From: Desulfurococcaceae archaeon
Lineage (GTDB): Archaea > Thermoproteota > Thermoprotei_A > Sulfolobales > Desulfurococcaceae
Reading direction: 5' to 3'
Assembly: GCA_038824035.1 (NCBI GenBank)
Contig: JAWBBW010000014.1
Span: forward strand, 1-32,932
Length of the DNA: 32,932 nucleotides
Below the pieces are notes generated by a model. The model was given only the letters and a program-made list of their open reading frames with translations, searched no databases and was not told the origin of the DNA. A program made the position numbers and the translations under genes. Positions 9,411-19,919 of this stretch are shown one piece after another (the stretch's first letter is position 1; each line of letters begins with the position of its first letter).

Positions 9411-10886
9411 ATGCAAGAAGCATTGATCATAGGTATAGATCTCGGAACAAGTGGTGTTAAGGTAGAGGTATACGACGAACATGGTAGATTATTGTTTGAG
9501 AACAGAGCGGGATTCAGTGAGCAGACAGTCAATAGTTGGATAATCGCTATGAAACAGGCCATGCCAATAGAGTTCCTAAGGACGACTAGGAAAAGGAAAA
9601 TAGTGAGTGCAGACAGCACATCAGGGACAATATTGATCGTGGATGAATACGGCAAACCCATTGTAAACCCCATAATGTACTATGAGAAAGAGGTCGAGTA
9701 TTATAATAGGATAAAAAACCTAAGATCGATCAAGGAATTAGCAGAGCTCGGCGTTGACGTAACACCGACTTCACCGATACCAAAGATCATGAGAATCATG
9801 GAGAGCGGTTTATTGAAAAATGCCAAATGGATTATTTCGCCAACAACTTGGATCCTATATAGACTTGTCTACAAAGAAGACAGGAAATGGGTAGACTTAG
9901 AAATGGATTATACTAATGCTTTGAAATTCGGAGCAGATATTACAAAGGAGACGCCTAGATGGTATGAGCCACTATTTGAGGAAACAGGGATACCACTTGA
10001 TAAAATGCCCAAGATTACAGAATGCGGGAACTACATAGGGTTCGCTGAGAGCGATCTGGCCCGTGAACTTGGATTAGATGGAGCAGAAGTGTATCAAGGC
10101 ATGACGGACGGTAATGCGGCTGCACTAGCTGGTGGCGCCCTCAAGGAAGGGGATCTAAGTATTTATGGAGGTACAACCGTTGTTCCAAAATATGTGATAA
10201 GTGTAATGAAGAAACACCCTGCAATATATTATCATCGTCATCCGATCAAAGGTTATATGGCAAGCGCGGCAACATCGTTTGCCGGCGGCTTTCTCTCATG
10301 GTTCACTGAAAAATTGCTTGGACTCAGCGTAGGCGATGCCATTAAATACGTCGACTACGTTGACAATATGAGCGATATACCACTTTTCATGCCACCTGGT
10401 GATCGAAGCCCATTCAATGATCCATCGCTAAAAGCCGCTATAATGAGGCTATACCCATGGGATGAGCCAAGGGAAAAGATAGTAGGCAAATTGGTGTTAT
10501 CGATACTCGTGGGAATAACATTTCTCGAATACAGTTACGTGGACTTGTTTGAGAAGTTATTCAACAATGTGATCAAGGAAGTCAGGTTAACTGGTGGCAC
10601 AGTTAAGTCAAAGAAATGGAACTCGTTAAGGGCCGCCATTTATGAGAGACCAGTGAAAATATATAGCGAGAGAATAGGAATAGGTGCTGTTATACCAGCG
10701 TTATTGAAAAGCAAGTTATTCAGAAACCTTGATGAAATAGAATCAACATTCTTGATTCCACATGAAGTGATATATCCCGATCCCAATTTGTCCGATGTAT
10801 TTAGGAGGGATAGAGACCTGTTTATAACCAGGTGGAGGGGTTTGCAAAAAATATATGGGGAATCTGTCCCAACGAGCCTTGTTTAA
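9411..10886 (+). CDS. FGGY carbohydrate kinase, resembling the SePSK/AtXK-1 (D-ribulose kinase-like) subfamily
   Basis: IGIDLGTSGVK, DSTSGT, DYTNALKFG, GMTDGNAA, IYYHRH and LTGG motifs. The family call is firm; the subfamily call is from recalled motifs. Confidence 0.85.
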   Translation: MQEALIIGIDLGTSGVKVEVYDEHGRLLFENRAGFSEQTVNSWIIAMKQAMPIEFLRTTRKRKIVSADSTSGTILIVDEYGKPIVNPIMYYEKEVEYYNRIKNLRSIKELAELGVDVTPTSPIPKIMRIMESGLLKNAKWIISPTTWILYRLVYKEDRKWVDLEMDYTNALKFGADITKETPRWYEPLFEETGIPLDKMPKITECGNYIGFAESDLARELGLDGAEVYQGMTDGNAAALAGGALKEGDLSIYGGTTVVPKYVISVMKKHPAIYYHRHPIKGYMASAATSFAGGFLSWFTEKLLGLSVGDAIKYVDYVDNMSDIPLFMPPGDRSPFNDPSLKAAIMRLYPWDEPREKIVGKLVLSILVGITFLEYSYVDLFEKLFNNVIKEVRLTGGTVKSKKWNSLRAAIYERPVKIYSERIGIGAVIPALLKSKLFRNLDEIESTFLIPHEVIYPDPNLSDVFRRDRDLFITRWRGLQKIYGESVPTSLV

Positions 10887-12292
10887 ACCACTATTGTTTT
10901 TATCCCAAGGAGTTTAGCGAAATTGGCTATGGCCTCTACGTAATCGCCGTATACCATGCTAGCGTGGTGGACAAACCCCTCTTCTATAAGGGTTCTATAT
11001 ACTTTATCAAGATCGCTCACTTCAACCCAGACCCAACTGCCCCTAAATGGCCCTTCTTCTTCAAGGGCTTTGCCCTTCGTTATGAACAACTTAAATTCAC
11101 CATTGTATTCAACGAGCCTCGTTATAGTCACAATACCTGGTTTTAATCTGCCTTCAAAGGTCCCTTGCGCACATTCAACGCCAACATCCCTATACATTAT
11201 GCTATGGTATAATAAGCTACATCTCCCACTACATACGGCTGGTGGCATGTTTCCACAATGCCATGCAAGGAAGACGTTTGGCTTAGTTGGATGTCTTATC
11301 GTCCAGTCAATGAAGAATGGTGGAGTAGTCTCTAACGATGCGGCGTATTGTATTAACATTGAGAGGGCACCATAGATATCGACTTCACATGAAGACATTA
11401 TACCCGATTGAGTCAGCCTTGCCAATACATGGCATGGTGAAATCCCGTAATATCTCTGTATCTCTGTCCAACACCTGAATCCCAGTCCTGACAATTTCTT
11501 TTCATTGACCAATTTCCTAAGCACTACTTCTAATTTGGCCAATTTCAACAAAGCCTCACGCGATATTTTGGATATATCCGCGTATTTGCTGATCTCTTCT
11601 ACGATCGATTGCACCCTGGGATCATCGTCAGGGAGCCTCCTAGCCTCCTCGATGACCTCCAATAACGTTATGTGGACAACTCTTTGTTTATATTTCTCCG
11701 CCATGATAGCTTCATTAAAGGTAACGGTCTCAAATCTCTCTGGGCGCGGACCTATCAACCCTATCCTAGCTCCTATAAATCTTTTGTGAATAGAGACCAC
11801 TCTGGTGAACATATCCATGTTTTTCGCGAATTCCTCGTCTTCTGGAAACACTATTCCCCCGAATAAGAACGGTATTTTTCTTCTATATAAGGCCGAGGCG
11901 AGAGATAGTGTTCCACAGAACGAATCCGATCTCCTGAATCCGCCAGGCAATACTGGTGGCTCTTTCGTGGCAAATATCATTATTGGATATCCTTTAAACT
12001 CCTCTGCGACTTTTGCACCTGCTAACTCGTCTCCAAATGTCAAAGTGATTAAAAGCAATCCGTTCACCTTCTTGTCCTTGAATAAACTAATGGTTTTTTC
12101 AGCATCATCATCGTCTGTCACAAGGCCTAATTTAGTATCGCTCTCAGTGGGATATATCAACTCCACTGTATTGCCGAACTTGTTGTTTATAGTGTCTATG
12201 AATTTTTTCTTGAGTTCCCGGGCCCAATTCTCATCGAATGGGTATCGGTGAAGTGGCACGAACCCGATTTTAATTTTCTCCACGACACTCAC
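10883..12292 (-). CDS. L-fucose/D-arabinose isomerase-like protein (FucI/AraA superfamily)
   Basis: TFGDE, RRSDSFCG, RCWTEIQ, SCEVDIYGA, WHCGN and GFVHH motifs. The true start may be GTG 12283. Confidence 0.88.
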   Translation of the reverse strand: MSVVEKIKIGFVPLHRYPFDENWARELKKKFIDTINNKFGNTVELIYPTESDTKLGLVTDDDDAEKTISLFKDKKVNGLLLITLTFGDELAGAKVAEEFKGYPIMIFATKEPPVLPGGFRRSDSFCGTLSLASALYRRKIPFLFGGIVFPEDEEFAKNMDMFTRVVSIHKRFIGARIGLIGPRPERFETVTFNEAIMAEKYKQRVVHITLLEVIEEARRLPDDDPRVQSIVEEISKYADISKISREALLKLAKLEVVLRKLVNEKKLSGLGFRCWTEIQRYYGISPCHVLARLTQSGIMSSCEVDIYGALSMLIQYAASLETTPPFFIDWTIRHPTKPNVFLAWHCGNMPPAVCSGRCSLLYHSIMYRDVGVECAQGTFEGRLKPGIVTITRLVEYNGEFKLFITKGKALEEEGPFRGSWVWVEVSDLDKVYRTLIEEGFVHHASMVYGDYVEAIANFAKLLGIKTIVV

Positions 12293-12383
12293 CTGTAGAT
12301 AAATAATATGAGTATTAAAATAAAAGTTTTATTTAGTCGATCTAAAAAACATTTTATATATTTGACTATAATATTTTATAATA

Positions 12384-13280
12384 CTATAGATATTGTTTCC
12401 AATACTTAACCGATATCTTCAGGTCTTCTAATACCTTGTCATCGGGATATTCCGGTGCTGGTATATATTCTAGGAATAAGTATACTTCTTTTGCACCGGA
12501 TTTTTCAATCGCCTCTATAACTCTCTCCGCCTTTATAATACCTATTTTATTGTATTCCTCTGTGAATGGCCAATGCCTATCTCCTTGTCCATCTGTTTGC
12601 TGAATATGTAGTGAGGGCGATTCAGGCGCCAGCTCTTGTAACCAGTAATAGGGATCTTTTTCAATGCCTTGCAACGTACATTGATGACCTAGATCAATGT
12701 TCAGTTTAACAGGTATCTTACTGTTCTTGTTCACCTCTCTTAACACATATTTTGTCTCTTCAATGCTCCATGGGATTTCCCTTGGCACGGGCATGGGTTC
12801 CCATAATAACATCTCTATGTTGTTATAATATGCATACTCAGCTATCTTTCTCACGTTTTCAAATAAATTGCTGACTATGAATTGTTTTCTCTCAGGATTT
12901 CTATAGTCATGTACACTCATGGCGCCAATCGCTCCACCGGTTATTCTAACATTCATTTTCCTCGTTAATTCAACACCACGGAAATACCAATTAACACCAG
13001 CCATTCTCATGAATTGATCTGGGTGTGATAATAGGTTCACGGAATACATTATGAGCCCAGTGAATGTTGAATGTACCTTGATGCCATACTTTGCAACAGC
13101 TTCCCGCGTTCTCTCCGCTAGTATGTCCGCGCCTACATTACCGAGCATTGGTTCAAATAGATCAAAAGATACTTGTACAATATCTATGTCTAGGCTACGC
13201 GTTATCTCAGCCCATTCCTCTGGAAGCGGCCATCTCTTAACGGCCCAACAATTGTTAAGTCCAAACATTATCTTAGCCAC
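12384..13280 (-). CDS. TIM-barrel sugar(-phosphate) epimerase/isomerase, EryC-like
   Basis: Metal ligands in WEP, DLGH, HIQQTDG and LEY. The C-terminal HWPFTEEYNKIGII...SVKYW resembles EryC. GTG start after GGTGA. Confidence 0.8.
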   Translation of the reverse strand: MAKIMFGLNNCWAVKRWPLPEEWAEITRSLDIDIVQVSFDLFEPMLGNVGADILAERTREAVAKYGIKVHSTFTGLIMYSVNLLSHPDQFMRMAGVNWYFRGVELTRKMNVRITGGAIGAMSVHDYRNPERKQFIVSNLFENVRKIAEYAYYNNIEMLLWEPMPVPREIPWSIEETKYVLREVNKNSKIPVKLNIDLGHQCTLQGIEKDPYYWLQELAPESPSLHIQQTDGQGDRHWPFTEEYNKIGIIKAERVIEAIEKSGAKEVYLFLEYIPAPEYPDDKVLEDLKISVKYWKQYL

Positions 13281-13392
13281 ATGGGTCACCATTATAAAAT
13301 ATCACAATGATGGATATAAAAATTTATATTAGATATTAGTAAAATTGATTTTATAAACTATGTATTATAGCGTATATATTCTCGGTGATGAT

Positions 13393-14301
13393 ATGGAATA
13401 TATAGAAAAGATCATTTGTAATTATAGGCTAAGGGTATTCAGCATTAACAAGTTATTGATTGGTATACCAATAGATATAGGTCCAAGAATATTGTATCTA
13501 GCTACCCCCGAAGACCCTGATTTCAACTTATTTAACATATTACCGGAGATAACTGTTGAAACTCCAGAAGGTATTTGGCACATTCATGGTGGTCATAGGC
13601 TTTGGACATCGCCAGAAGATATGCCGAGATCTTATTCATTAGATGATAAACCGATTAAACTGGAAATCAGAAATGACAGAGTCACTATAATAGGTAACCC
13701 AGAATATAACAATAATGTTCTCAAGAAAATACATATAGAGCCGGGCGACGAAGAGTACTCTGTAAAAGTAACACATGAAATAGTGAATATTGGAAGATGG
13801 CCTATAGAATACGCTTGCTGGGCTTTATCAGTCATGAGAAATAACGGCTTCGCGGTGATCCCAGTTAAACCTAAAAGAGCGGATCCCCATGGTCTTTTAC
13901 CAGATCGATACATCGTCATATGGCCATATACCAACTTGAGAGACCCAAGGTTATATCTGTTAGACACATACATAGCGATTAGGCAAGATGCAAGTATTCC
14001 ACGAGCATTGAAAATAGGCACAAGGGCCAATCCTAATTGGATCGCGTACTGGGTCCAAGGTTACGCGTTTGTAAAGAAATTCATTGAAGAAAAAGCCCAG
14101 TATCCAGATTATGGATCTACGGTTGAAGTGTACACTAATGATAAGTTCCTCGAACTTGAGACCGTTGGGCCATTAAAGAGAATTCATCCAGGGGATTCCA
14201 ATATACATATAGAGATATGGAAAGTTATGAAGATAGGTGATTTAGAAATATCAGAGGAGGATTTTGAGAAGAAATTATATAAAAAAATCGAGATAAAGTA
14301 A
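13393..14301 (+). CDS. DUF4380-like / galactose-mutarotase-like beta-sandwich protein
   Basis: GPRIL, GGHRLWTSPE, YPDYGSTVEVYT and ELETVGP motifs. Beta-rich sequence located inside the sugar cluster. Confidence 0.65.
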   Translation: MEYIEKIICNYRLRVFSINKLLIGIPIDIGPRILYLATPEDPDFNLFNILPEITVETPEGIWHIHGGHRLWTSPEDMPRSYSLDDKPIKLEIRNDRVTIIGNPEYNNNVLKKIHIEPGDEEYSVKVTHEIVNIGRWPIEYACWALSVMRNNGFAVIPVKPKRADPHGLLPDRYIVIWPYTNLRDPRLYLLDTYIAIRQDASIPRALKIGTRANPNWIAYWVQGYAFVKKFIEEKAQYPDYGSTVEVYTNDKFLELETVGPLKRIHPGDSNIHIEIWKVMKIGDLEISEEDFEKKLYKKIEIK

Positions 14302-14321
14302 TGGACTCTATTCTTCATAAT

Positions 14322-15587
14322 CTAAATTTTTTCAAGTCCAAGTAGTTCTGGTGGAATACCTAGCTCTATTACCAATTGCTTATACTCCTGTAGAGACAAT
14401 ACTACTACCTTTTCGCCGGTAGGAGCGGTGAACTCCATGCGTTGATATCCGACCAGGTCAACTCCTGTATCATATATCTTGTTAGCTGGATATCCAGGTA
14501 TGAAGTTCCTCAGTGCCTGCTCCCAGCCCATGACAGTCATGTTATACATTAACCATACAGCATAATAGCCCATGAAGTACTGTCTTTGTCCAACAGTTAC
14601 ATAGGCATATCTCTCAACTATTGGAGGCACGTTGTCACTTGTAACATCGAACTGCACTAGAACTACCTTACCAGGCTCTATTCCTAGTTGTTTCATAGCT
14701 TGGGCCCATGCAGGGCCTTCATATGCGTTAGAACCAAACGCTATGTGTAGGTCAGGGTGTGCAGATAGTATGGAGAGCGCGAAACTCAATGCAGCCGTAA
14801 CATCTCCCTTATCCTCATATGGTCCAATGATCTGTATATTTATATTTCCTTTTATATCAGGATCTTTTTGAGCGCACTCTCTAATAGCATCTTGGAATCC
14901 TTGGACTCTCTCCCTGGCGTTTTGAGCGGCAAGAGTGGCTGTGATAATACCTACTTTCAATGTTCCACCAGGCTGCACATATCCTTTCTCCTTCGCGATC
15001 ACATATGCAGCCAAACCTGCCAAATATCCTGCCCTGTAGTTATCAGTACCGAGATATGCCAATCTTTCTGATTCCGGTGCATCGGTGTCGAAGGTTATTG
15101 TTATTATACCTTGTCTCAACGCCTTAGATATATATGGGTCAGCAGCTTCGGGGTCTACAGGGGCTAGTGCTAACCCTGTAACACCCTGAGCAATATAGGC
15201 ATCCACAATACTTAATTGAAGTGCGGCCTCCTCCCTAGTGGGCGTCCAGAACATGGCATCTATATCCACTCCATATTTACTTCTGATCTCCTGCTCAGCC
15301 TTCTCTACACCAGCCTCCACTACGGACCAGTATGGATGTATGCCTTTACCCACTACTACGAAAGTTAACTTACCAGCAGGCACAGTTGGTGTGGGCGTTG
15401 TCGGCGTAGGAGTAGCAGTCACGGGTTGAGTTACTATGTGTGTTACCGTATGTGTAATAGTGCGTGTAATTTCACTGGTGATGGTCACTGCGGGCGCAAC
15501 GCTTGATCCAGCATAGAATCCCGCTACCCCCGCGATCACTATTAATACTATCATTAAGATTACTAACATGGAGGTTTTCATCGGCAT
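14322..15587 (-). CDS. Monosaccharide ABC transporter substrate-binding protein (RbsB-like, class I)
   Basis: N-terminal transmembrane anchor, Thr/Pro-rich linker, HPYW, ITFDTDAPES..LAYLGTDNYRAG, ERVQGF and GQRQYFMGY motifs. Confidence 0.92.
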   Translation of the reverse strand: MPMKTSMLVILMIVLIVIAGVAGFYAGSSVAPAVTITSEITRTITHTVTHIVTQPVTATPTPTTPTPTVPAGKLTFVVVGKGIHPYWSVVEAGVEKAEQEIRSKYGVDIDAMFWTPTREEAALQLSIVDAYIAQGVTGLALAPVDPEAADPYISKALRQGIITITFDTDAPESERLAYLGTDNYRAGYLAGLAAYVIAKEKGYVQPGGTLKVGIITATLAAQNARERVQGFQDAIRECAQKDPDIKGNINIQIIGPYEDKGDVTAALSFALSILSAHPDLHIAFGSNAYEGPAWAQAMKQLGIEPGKVVLVQFDVTSDNVPPIVERYAYVTVGQRQYFMGYYAVWLMYNMTVMGWEQALRNFIPGYPANKIYDTGVDLVGYQRMEFTAPTGEKVVVLSLQEYKQLVIELGIPPELLGLEKI

Positions 15588-15745
15588 CTCAATCCCCACG
15601 TTATGTCTGTAGTTATCAATAGGGTTATATAAACTTTAATAATTCGTGTCTAAAATGTTTACTTACTAACTATCATAGAGATAATTTTATAAAATCCTGA
15701 CTTCACTATAATCATTATATCATGGTGACTTGATGGGTTGATACT

Positions 15746-16753
15746 ATGGTCAAGAAACCTGATAAAGGAGTACAGAGGAATAATCAAGGAGTAATACTTT
15801 TTGCAAAGACATTGTTCACTAGAAGCCCTGAATTGAACACTTTCACTGCAATACTGGTATTATCGGCAATAATAGGGTTCATTAATCCTCGTTTCTGGTC
15901 AATACCCAATCTATTGACAATATTTAGATGGTTAACGGGATTAGGGCTACTAGCGCTAGGCCAGTCGATGGTATTAATAATGGGTGGAATAGATCTATCA
16001 GTGGGCTCTATGGCATCTCTGAGTTCCATGGTTTTTGCCTATATGATCACAATAATGAAACAAGACACACTAATAGCGGTTCTCACCGTTATAGCGGTAG
16101 CGCTCCTGGTTGGTTTTTACCATGGAATATTCGTAACCAGGTTCTCGCCGCCACTACCCACCACTGTCCCCTCGTTCATCGTGACCCTGGGCTCTTTGAT
16201 CTTATTGCGTGGAACAGCCATAGTCATGACGTATGGTTATCCAATAAAGATATATGACTATGAAAAAATTGCATTCATGGCCTCTACACAGGGGCTTGCA
16301 TTAATACTTATAATAGCAGTGGCCATTACTTATTATCTTCAAAGATACACAGTAATTGGTAGATACATATACGCTATTGGAGGCAATATGGAAGCAGCCA
16401 GGGTTGCGGGAATACCAATACATAAATCAAGGATGTTCTCGTATATCTATTCATCTTTAATGGCGGGTTTAGCTGGCATCGTATACGCATCTTTGGTGTC
16501 ATCTGGATATGCAGAAATAGCCACGGGTCAAGAGCTGTTTTCCATAGCTTCCTGTGCACTGGCTGGAGTAAGCCTAGCGGGTGGTGAGGGAACAGCGATA
16601 GGTGCGTTGATCGGGGCATTATTGATAACAGTGGTGAGAAATGGCATAGTGTTAATGGGTGTTTCCCCCTATTGGCAAGATGCTGTAACGGCACTGATAT
16701 TAGTTATAGCAGTTACCACGGACCTTGTTAGGAGAACATGGAGGCGAACATGA
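15746..16753 (+). CDS. Monosaccharide ABC transporter permease (RbsC-like)
   Basis: GGIDLSVGS, PSFIVTLG, GRYIYAIGGNMEAARVAGI and GVSLAGGEG motifs. Confidence 0.95.
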   Translation: MVKKPDKGVQRNNQGVILFAKTLFTRSPELNTFTAILVLSAIIGFINPRFWSIPNLLTIFRWLTGLGLLALGQSMVLIMGGIDLSVGSMASLSSMVFAYMITIMKQDTLIAVLTVIAVALLVGFYHGIFVTRFSPPLPTTVPSFIVTLGSLILLRGTAIVMTYGYPIKIYDYEKIAFMASTQGLALILIIAVAITYYLQRYTVIGRYIYAIGGNMEAARVAGIPIHKSRMFSYIYSSLMAGLAGIVYASLVSSGYAEIATGQELFSIASCALAGVSLAGGEGTAIGALIGALLITVVRNGIVLMGVSPYWQDAVTALILVIAVTTDLVRRTWRRT

Positions 16754-16804
16754 TTTTTATGTTGTTCTATCTTAAATGAAAAATTAGCGAAAGGTGTTTG
16801 AACA

Positions 16805-18313
16805 ATGAATGAGAAAGTACTGGTAATGAGTAATATAAAAAAGAGCTTTCCAGGGGTTCAAGCACTGAAAGGAGTATCTATTGAATTGAGAAAAGGAGAG
16901 ATCTTAGGCCTAGTTGGTGAAAACGGTGCTGGCAAATCAACTTTATTAAAGATCTTAACAGGGGTCTTACACCCAGACGAGGGACATATAATTCTAAGAG
17001 GCAAAGAGGTTAAAATACGTAATCCCCAACATGCATTCTCACTTGGAATAGCATATGTTCCACAAGAAACAAATTTATACCCTAATCTAAGTGTTGCCGA
17101 AAACATGTTTCTAGGTGTTGTCACGAAAGGCGGTTGGAAAAGAATAAAATACAATGACCTATATATCAAGGCAAGGGAGTATTTGTCTATACTTGGGGTA
17201 GAAGATCTAGATCCATCACTCAAAGTTGGCCAATTGAGCGCATCTATGCAACAAATAGTGATGATAGCTCGTGCATTGGCAGCTAGGGCGGAGATATTTG
17301 TATTAGATGAGCCAACTTCAGCCTTGACGCCGTTCGAGGTGAACAGGTTGTTCTCAATACTTAGGAAACTAAGAGATTCCGGCTACTCCGTGATATTTGT
17401 GAGTCATAGGCTGGAAGAGGTATTAGAGATCTCGGATAGAATAACAGTGTTACGTGATGGTTTAAAAGTCGCAGAATACGATCTCAAGGAAAGCAAAGTG
17501 ACCATAGACGATGTGGTTAAAGCAATGATAGCACGTGAGATAAAGGAGTTCTATCCAAAAGAACCTGTCCCTATAGGGGATGTGATATTAGAGGTTAAAA
17601 ACCTAAGTGGTCCGAATATCAGCAACATCAATTTCCATTTGAGAAGCGGTGAGATACTGGGTGTTTTTGGATTACTGGGTTCAGGTATCATTGAACTTGG
17701 ATTATTACTTGGAGGGGTTATACCAGCAACTAGTGGTGAAATATTCGTAAAGGGCAAGAAAATACATATTTCAAAACCTGTTGACGCTTTACATAATGGA
17801 TTGGTTGTATTACCCGAAGATAGGAGAAAACAAGGGTTGATACCACTACTCAGTGTTAGAGACAATATAACTATTTCAATGTTGCTTGATCTAAGGAGAA
17901 TGAGAATGGGATTAATTTCTCCTATAGATAAGGTTAAAGAGAGCGATGTAGTTAATAAATTGATAAACTCCATAAACATAATCCCCAGAGACCCCATGAG
18001 ACCTGTTATGTACCTCAGTGGTGGTAATCAACAAAAAGTTTTAGTAGCTAGGGCGTTTACATTGAACCCTGATATAATAATTCTATGTGAGCCGACTAAA
18101 GGAATCGATGTTGGTGCCAAGGTCGAGATAAGGAAATTAATGGTCAAGTTAGCGAAGGAGGGTAAGGGAATAGTGTTGATTTCGGCTGATTTATATGAAG
18201 TAGTAGGTATGAGTGATAGGATACTTGTTATGCATAAGGGCAAGATCGTAGGCGAGTTCACCGGACCTGAGATCACTCATGAAAAAATATTCAAAAAAGC
18301 CGTTACAGGGTAA
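16805..18313 (+). CDS. Monosaccharide ABC transporter ATP-binding protein (RbsA-like, two domains)
   Basis: GENGAGKST, LDEPTSAL, SHRL, PEDRRKQGL, LSGGNQQK and EPTKGIDVGAK motifs. Confidence 0.96.
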   Translation: MNEKVLVMSNIKKSFPGVQALKGVSIELRKGEILGLVGENGAGKSTLLKILTGVLHPDEGHIILRGKEVKIRNPQHAFSLGIAYVPQETNLYPNLSVAENMFLGVVTKGGWKRIKYNDLYIKAREYLSILGVEDLDPSLKVGQLSASMQQIVMIARALAARAEIFVLDEPTSALTPFEVNRLFSILRKLRDSGYSVIFVSHRLEEVLEISDRITVLRDGLKVAEYDLKESKVTIDDVVKAMIAREIKEFYPKEPVPIGDVILEVKNLSGPNISNINFHLRSGEILGVFGLLGSGIIELGLLLGGVIPATSGEIFVKGKKIHISKPVDALHNGLVVLPEDRRKQGLIPLLSVRDNITISMLLDLRRMRMGLISPIDKVKESDVVNKLINSINIIPRDPMRPVMYLSGGNQQKVLVARAFTLNPDIIILCEPTKGIDVGAKVEIRKLMVKLAKEGKGIVLISADLYEVVGMSDRILVMHKGKIVGEFTGPEITHEKIFKKAVTG

Positions 18314-18398
18314 TGTTATTAAGAATCAATAATTTAAAAACTTAAAATTTAAAATATTTTAAAACTCGCAGTGGAATTATTTTTACCGGGGGATCGCG

Positions 18399-19919
18399 TT
18401 GAAACCCATACTCGTTCTCGCGTTTGATCTGGGTGCTAGTGGGGGGCGTGCTATAGTAGGTAAAATAGACCTTGATGCACGAAAAGTGGAGATGGAGGAA
18501 ATCTATAGGTTTCCCAATGGCCCAATAAGGGTTAGAGATCACTTGTATTGGGATGTATTGAGAATATGGAATGAAGTTAAAGAAGGTATATCAATAGCGT
18601 ATAAGAAATACGGCGAACAAATAGTCTCCATTGGCGTGGATACATGGGGTGTTGATTTCGCTTTATTAGATAATAACGGTGAACTAGTGGGTTTGCCCTA
18701 TTGTTACAGAGATCCCAGGAGAAACCAAGCCATGAGGGAATTGTTGAGTGTGATGTCACCAGAGAGAATATATATGAGGACTGGGATCCAATTTGTGCCC
18801 ATAAATCCGCTATATCAATTATATGCCATGGTTAAGGATAGATCATCGCTTCTACAAGCAGCGAGAACATTGTTCATGATGCCTGATCTATTCAATTACT
18901 GGCTATCAGGCGTTATAGTATCCGAATACACAGATGCGTCTACGACACAGTTCCTAGATCCATGGACGAAGAAATGGGCACTAGATCTCCTGGAGGAAAT
19001 AGGGTTTCCCACTGATATCTTTCCTGAGGTGATAGAACCAGGTACAAAACTGGGTAAAATAGATCTAAGACTTGCAGAAGAATTAAGAGTAAGCAAGGAT
19101 ATCGAAATAATAGCACCGGCAACTCATGATACGGCCTCGGCTGTGGCAGCTTCGCCTATCGATAAGGACTCGGCATACATTAGTTGCGGTACTTGGAGTC
19201 TCGTAGGAGTAGAACTAGATCAACCGTTAGTCAATAAAAAGGCGATGGAATATAACTTCACAAACGAAGGAGGAGCGTTTAACACTATAAGATTCCTCAA
19301 AAATGTTCAAGGCATGTGGTTCATGCAGGAGATTAAGAGAATGTTGGCTAAGCGTGGACAAGAATACGACTACGCGGAGTTAACGAAACTAGCATCGGAA
19401 GCAAGGGGTTTCATCGGTTTCATAGATCCCGATGATCCAAGGTTCCTTGCCCCACTCGACATGATTGATGAGATAATGAAATTCCTTGAGGAAACTGGCC
19501 AGGAGAAGCCGAAGACAGTGGGTGAACTTGTTAGATTAGTGCTCGAGAGCTTGGCTCTTAAGTATAGACTTGTCATAGAGAAGATAGAGGATTTAACTGG
19601 GATGAAAATAAAGAGGATAAACATAGTGGGAGGTGGATCCAGGAACTGGGTGCACAATCAACTAGTAGCCGATTTCACGGATAAATTGGTCGAGGCTGGC
19701 CCGGAAGAGGCCACCTCGATTGGTAATATATTAACGCAACTCGCCGGGCTTGGATACGTTAAATCACTACGTGAAATAAGAGAATATGTGAGAAACTCCT
19801 TTGAAGTCAAGCAATATCAACCTAATCATACAAGTAAACATGAAGATGCTTATTCAAAGTTCATCTCGATACTTGAGAAAACAGGCGGTTTAGCTGGATG
19901 GGCACTGAAATTCGATTGA
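18399..19919 (+). CDS. rhaB: Rhamnulokinase/fuculokinase-like FGGY kinase
   Basis: AFDLGASGGR, EIYRFPN, VDTWGVDF, YRDPR, HDTASA, YISCGTWSLVG and FTNEGG..IRFLKN are RhaB-family signatures. Confidence 0.88.
   Translation: MKPILVLAFDLGASGGRAIVGKIDLDARKVEMEEIYRFPNGPIRVRDHLYWDVLRIWNEVKEGISIAYKKYGEQIVSIGVDTWGVDFALLDNNGELVGLPYCYRDPRRNQAMRELLSVMSPERIYMRTGIQFVPINPLYQLYAMVKDRSSLLQAARTLFMMPDLFNYWLSGVIVSEYTDASTTQFLDPWTKKWALDLLEEIGFPTDIFPEVIEPGTKLGKIDLRLAEELRVSKDIEIIAPATHDTASAVAASPIDKDSAYISCGTWSLVGVELDQPLVNKKAMEYNFTNEGGAFNTIRFLKNVQGMWFMQEIKRMLAKRGQEYDYAELTKLASEARGFIGFIDPDDPRFLAPLDMIDEIMKFLEETGQEKPKTVGELVRLVLESLALKYRLVIEKIEDLTGMKIKRINIVGGGSRNWVHNQLVADFTDKLVEAGPEEATSIGNILTQLAGLGYVKSLREIREYVRNSFEVKQYQPNHTSKHEDAYSKFISILEKTGGLAGWALKFD

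Noticed and set aside
10956-12251. Long antisense ORFs opposite the isomerase, and similar ones opposite the ATPase, KaiC-like gene and rbcL
   Set aside because: Shadow ORFs of real genes with no recognisable motifs.
15378-15490. Thr/Pro-rich repeat-like segment in the binding protein
   Set aside because: Ordinary linker of membrane-anchored archaeal solute-binding proteins.
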